From: Octopus sinensis
Taxonomy: Eukaryota
Assembly: GCF_006345805.1 (NCBI RefSeq)
Contig: NW_021828461.1
Coordinates: 1 to 8,326, forward strand
Reading direction: 5' to 3'
Length of the DNA stretch: 8,326 nucleotides
This document shows, in pieces, positions 7,179 to 8,326 of the stretch. Position numbers and translations under genes: made by a program. A model generated the notes under the pieces. The model was given only the letters and a program-made list of their open reading frames with translations. It had not been told where the DNA came from and searched no databases. How positions within the stretch are numbered: the stretch's first letter is position 1; the number at the start of each line of letters is the position of its first letter.

Positions 7179-7412
7179 CTATTTCTTTATTGCCCACAAG
7201 GGGCTAAACATAGAGGGAACAAACAAGGACAGACAAACAGATTAAGTCGATTACATCGACCCCAGTGCGTAACTGGTACTTAATTTATCGACCCCGAAAG
7301 GATGAAAGGCAAAGTCGACCTCGGCGGAATTTGAACTCAGAACGTAGCGGCAGACGAAATACGGCTACGCATTTTATCCGACGTGCTAACGTTTCTGCGA
7401 ACTCACCGCCTT
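7179..7412 (-). mobile_element. Full-length SINE type C inserted in the (ACC/GCC)n tract
   Basis: Reverse complement of 4781-5014. The TSD is at best degenerate. Confidence 0.9.
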
Positions 7413-7621
7413 AATACCATCCCCGTTACTGCTTTCGCCATTGCTGACGCGACCACTGTCATAGCTACCATCACCGCTGCCGCTGCAACTACCGCCGCCA
7501 CCTCCATCAAAGCCGCCTCTTCCACCCTCACCGCTGCCACTACTGCCGCCGCCACCGCCGCACCCACCGCCGCCGACACTGCCGCCACCACCGCCACCGT
7601 CACCACTAACACCATCATCAC
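7413..7621. repeat. Cryptic (ACC/GCC)n tract, right part
   Basis: Direct reading. It explains the Ala/Thr-rich and Val/Ala-rich ORFs. Confidence 0.85.
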
Positions 7622-7679
7622 CTCTAAACTAAAATCTTTCAAACATTTACTTTCACTTGAGAAGTATTTCGTTCGTGCA

Positions 7680-8072
7680 GTGGAGGCGCAATGGCCCAGT
7701 GGTTAGGGCAGCGGACTCGCGGTCGGAGGATCGCGGTTTCGATTCCCAGACCGGGCGTTGTGAGTGTTTATTGAGCGAAAACACCTAAAACTCCACGAGG
7801 CTCCAGCAGGGGATGGTGGTGATCCCTGCTGTACTCTTTCACCACAACTTTCTCCCACTCTTACTTCCTGTTTCTGTTGTACCTGTATTTCAAAGGGCCG
7901 GCCTTGTCACTCTCTGTGTCACACTGAATATCCCCGAGATCTACGTTAAGGGTGCACGTGTCTGGGGAGTGCTCAGCCACTTACACGTTAATTTCACGAG
8001 CAGGCTGTTCCGTTGATTCGGATCAACGGGAACCCTCGTCGTCGTAACCGACGGAGTGCTTCCAAAAAAAAA
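7680..8072 (+). mobile_element. Full-length SINE type A, copy 3, with A9 tail and 13-bp TSD
   Basis: TSD ATTTCGTTCGTGC at 7666-7678 and 8072-8084. Oligo-A at 8064-8072. Confidence 0.93.
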
Positions 8073-8080
8073 TTTCGTTC

Positions 8081-8144
8081 GTGCCACCCTTGATTTGTGC
8101 CACCTTTGGTTTGTGCCATGCTTGGTCTGTGCCATATTTGCTAT
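8081..8144 (+). repeat. Four-unit 16-bp tandem minisatellite (GTGCCA core)
   Basis: GTGCCACCCTTGATTT / GTGCCACCTTTGGTTT / GTGCCATGCTTGGTCT / GTGCCATATTTGCTAT. Confidence 0.8.
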
Positions 8145-8280
8145 CGTTAGCTTCATCCTTCCATCATACATCAACCGCAACTGCATTTTGTCGTTTAACT
8201 CAACTGTTTCAGGTCTTTATACATTAGTCTTTATACATACAGCATTAAACATGGTCATGTGACAACCAAATTGATTGATA

Positions 8281-8326
8281 ATGGCGGCGAACCATAGCAA
8301 AAATGGAATTGATGATGCTGTTGTGG
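8281..8326 (+). CDS. Possible start of a coding region, truncated by the window end (MAANHSKNGIDDAVV...)
   Basis: ATAATGG Kozak context (A at -3, G at +4) and an ATGGCGGCG start in unique sequence. Only 15 codons are visible and no homology was recognised. Confidence 0.2.
   Translation, partial: MAANHSKNGIDDAVV

Noticed and set aside
7155-7429. TSD for the SINE C at 7179-7412 (TATCATCACC[9 nt]GTTAC versus TACCATCCCCGTTAC)
   Set aside because: Requires a 9-nt indel and two mismatches in low-complexity sequence, so it is not distinguishable from chance.
7383-7706. Mucin- or antifreeze-like Ala/Thr-rich ORF and its antisense
   Set aside because: Translation of a cryptic ACC/GCC repeat; it starts and ends inside SINEs.
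3952-8072. Large inverted segmental duplication as the cause of the mirror symmetry
   Set aside because: The sequences between the SINEs are unrelated, and individual copies have their own TSDs.
8081-8144. CRISPR-like array
   Set aside because: Contiguous 16-bp units with no unique spacers, a eukaryotic context and no cas genes.

Overview
AT-rich, repeat-dense eukaryotic non-coding DNA (intron or intergenic). The SINE types and the (TA)/(CA)/(TAA) microsatellite load resemble octopus (coleoid cephalopod) genomes; this is from recall, not a database hit. No complete protein-coding gene is supported. The listed ORFs come almost entirely from microsatellites or SINE bodies, and only a possible ATG start at 8281 runs off the window. 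The window holds ten copies of four tRNA-headed SINE types (my labels A, B, C, E), two copies of a TAA-associated repeat (D), and the 3' end of a probable R4/Dong-type LINE inside a (TAA)n tract. It also holds a 420-bp TIR MITE with an 8-bp TSD and internal TTAGGG repeats, plus a promoter/LTR-like unique segment. Most notable: (1) one SINE is flanked by a 140-bp, 97%-identical direct repeat that behaves as a giant target-site duplication; (2) six SINEs form three concentric inverted pairs (A- C+ B+ | B- C- A+) over 4.1 kb, which could fold as a nested dsRNA hairpin. I see no convincing evidence of a new protein-based system. The interest lies in retroelement biology.
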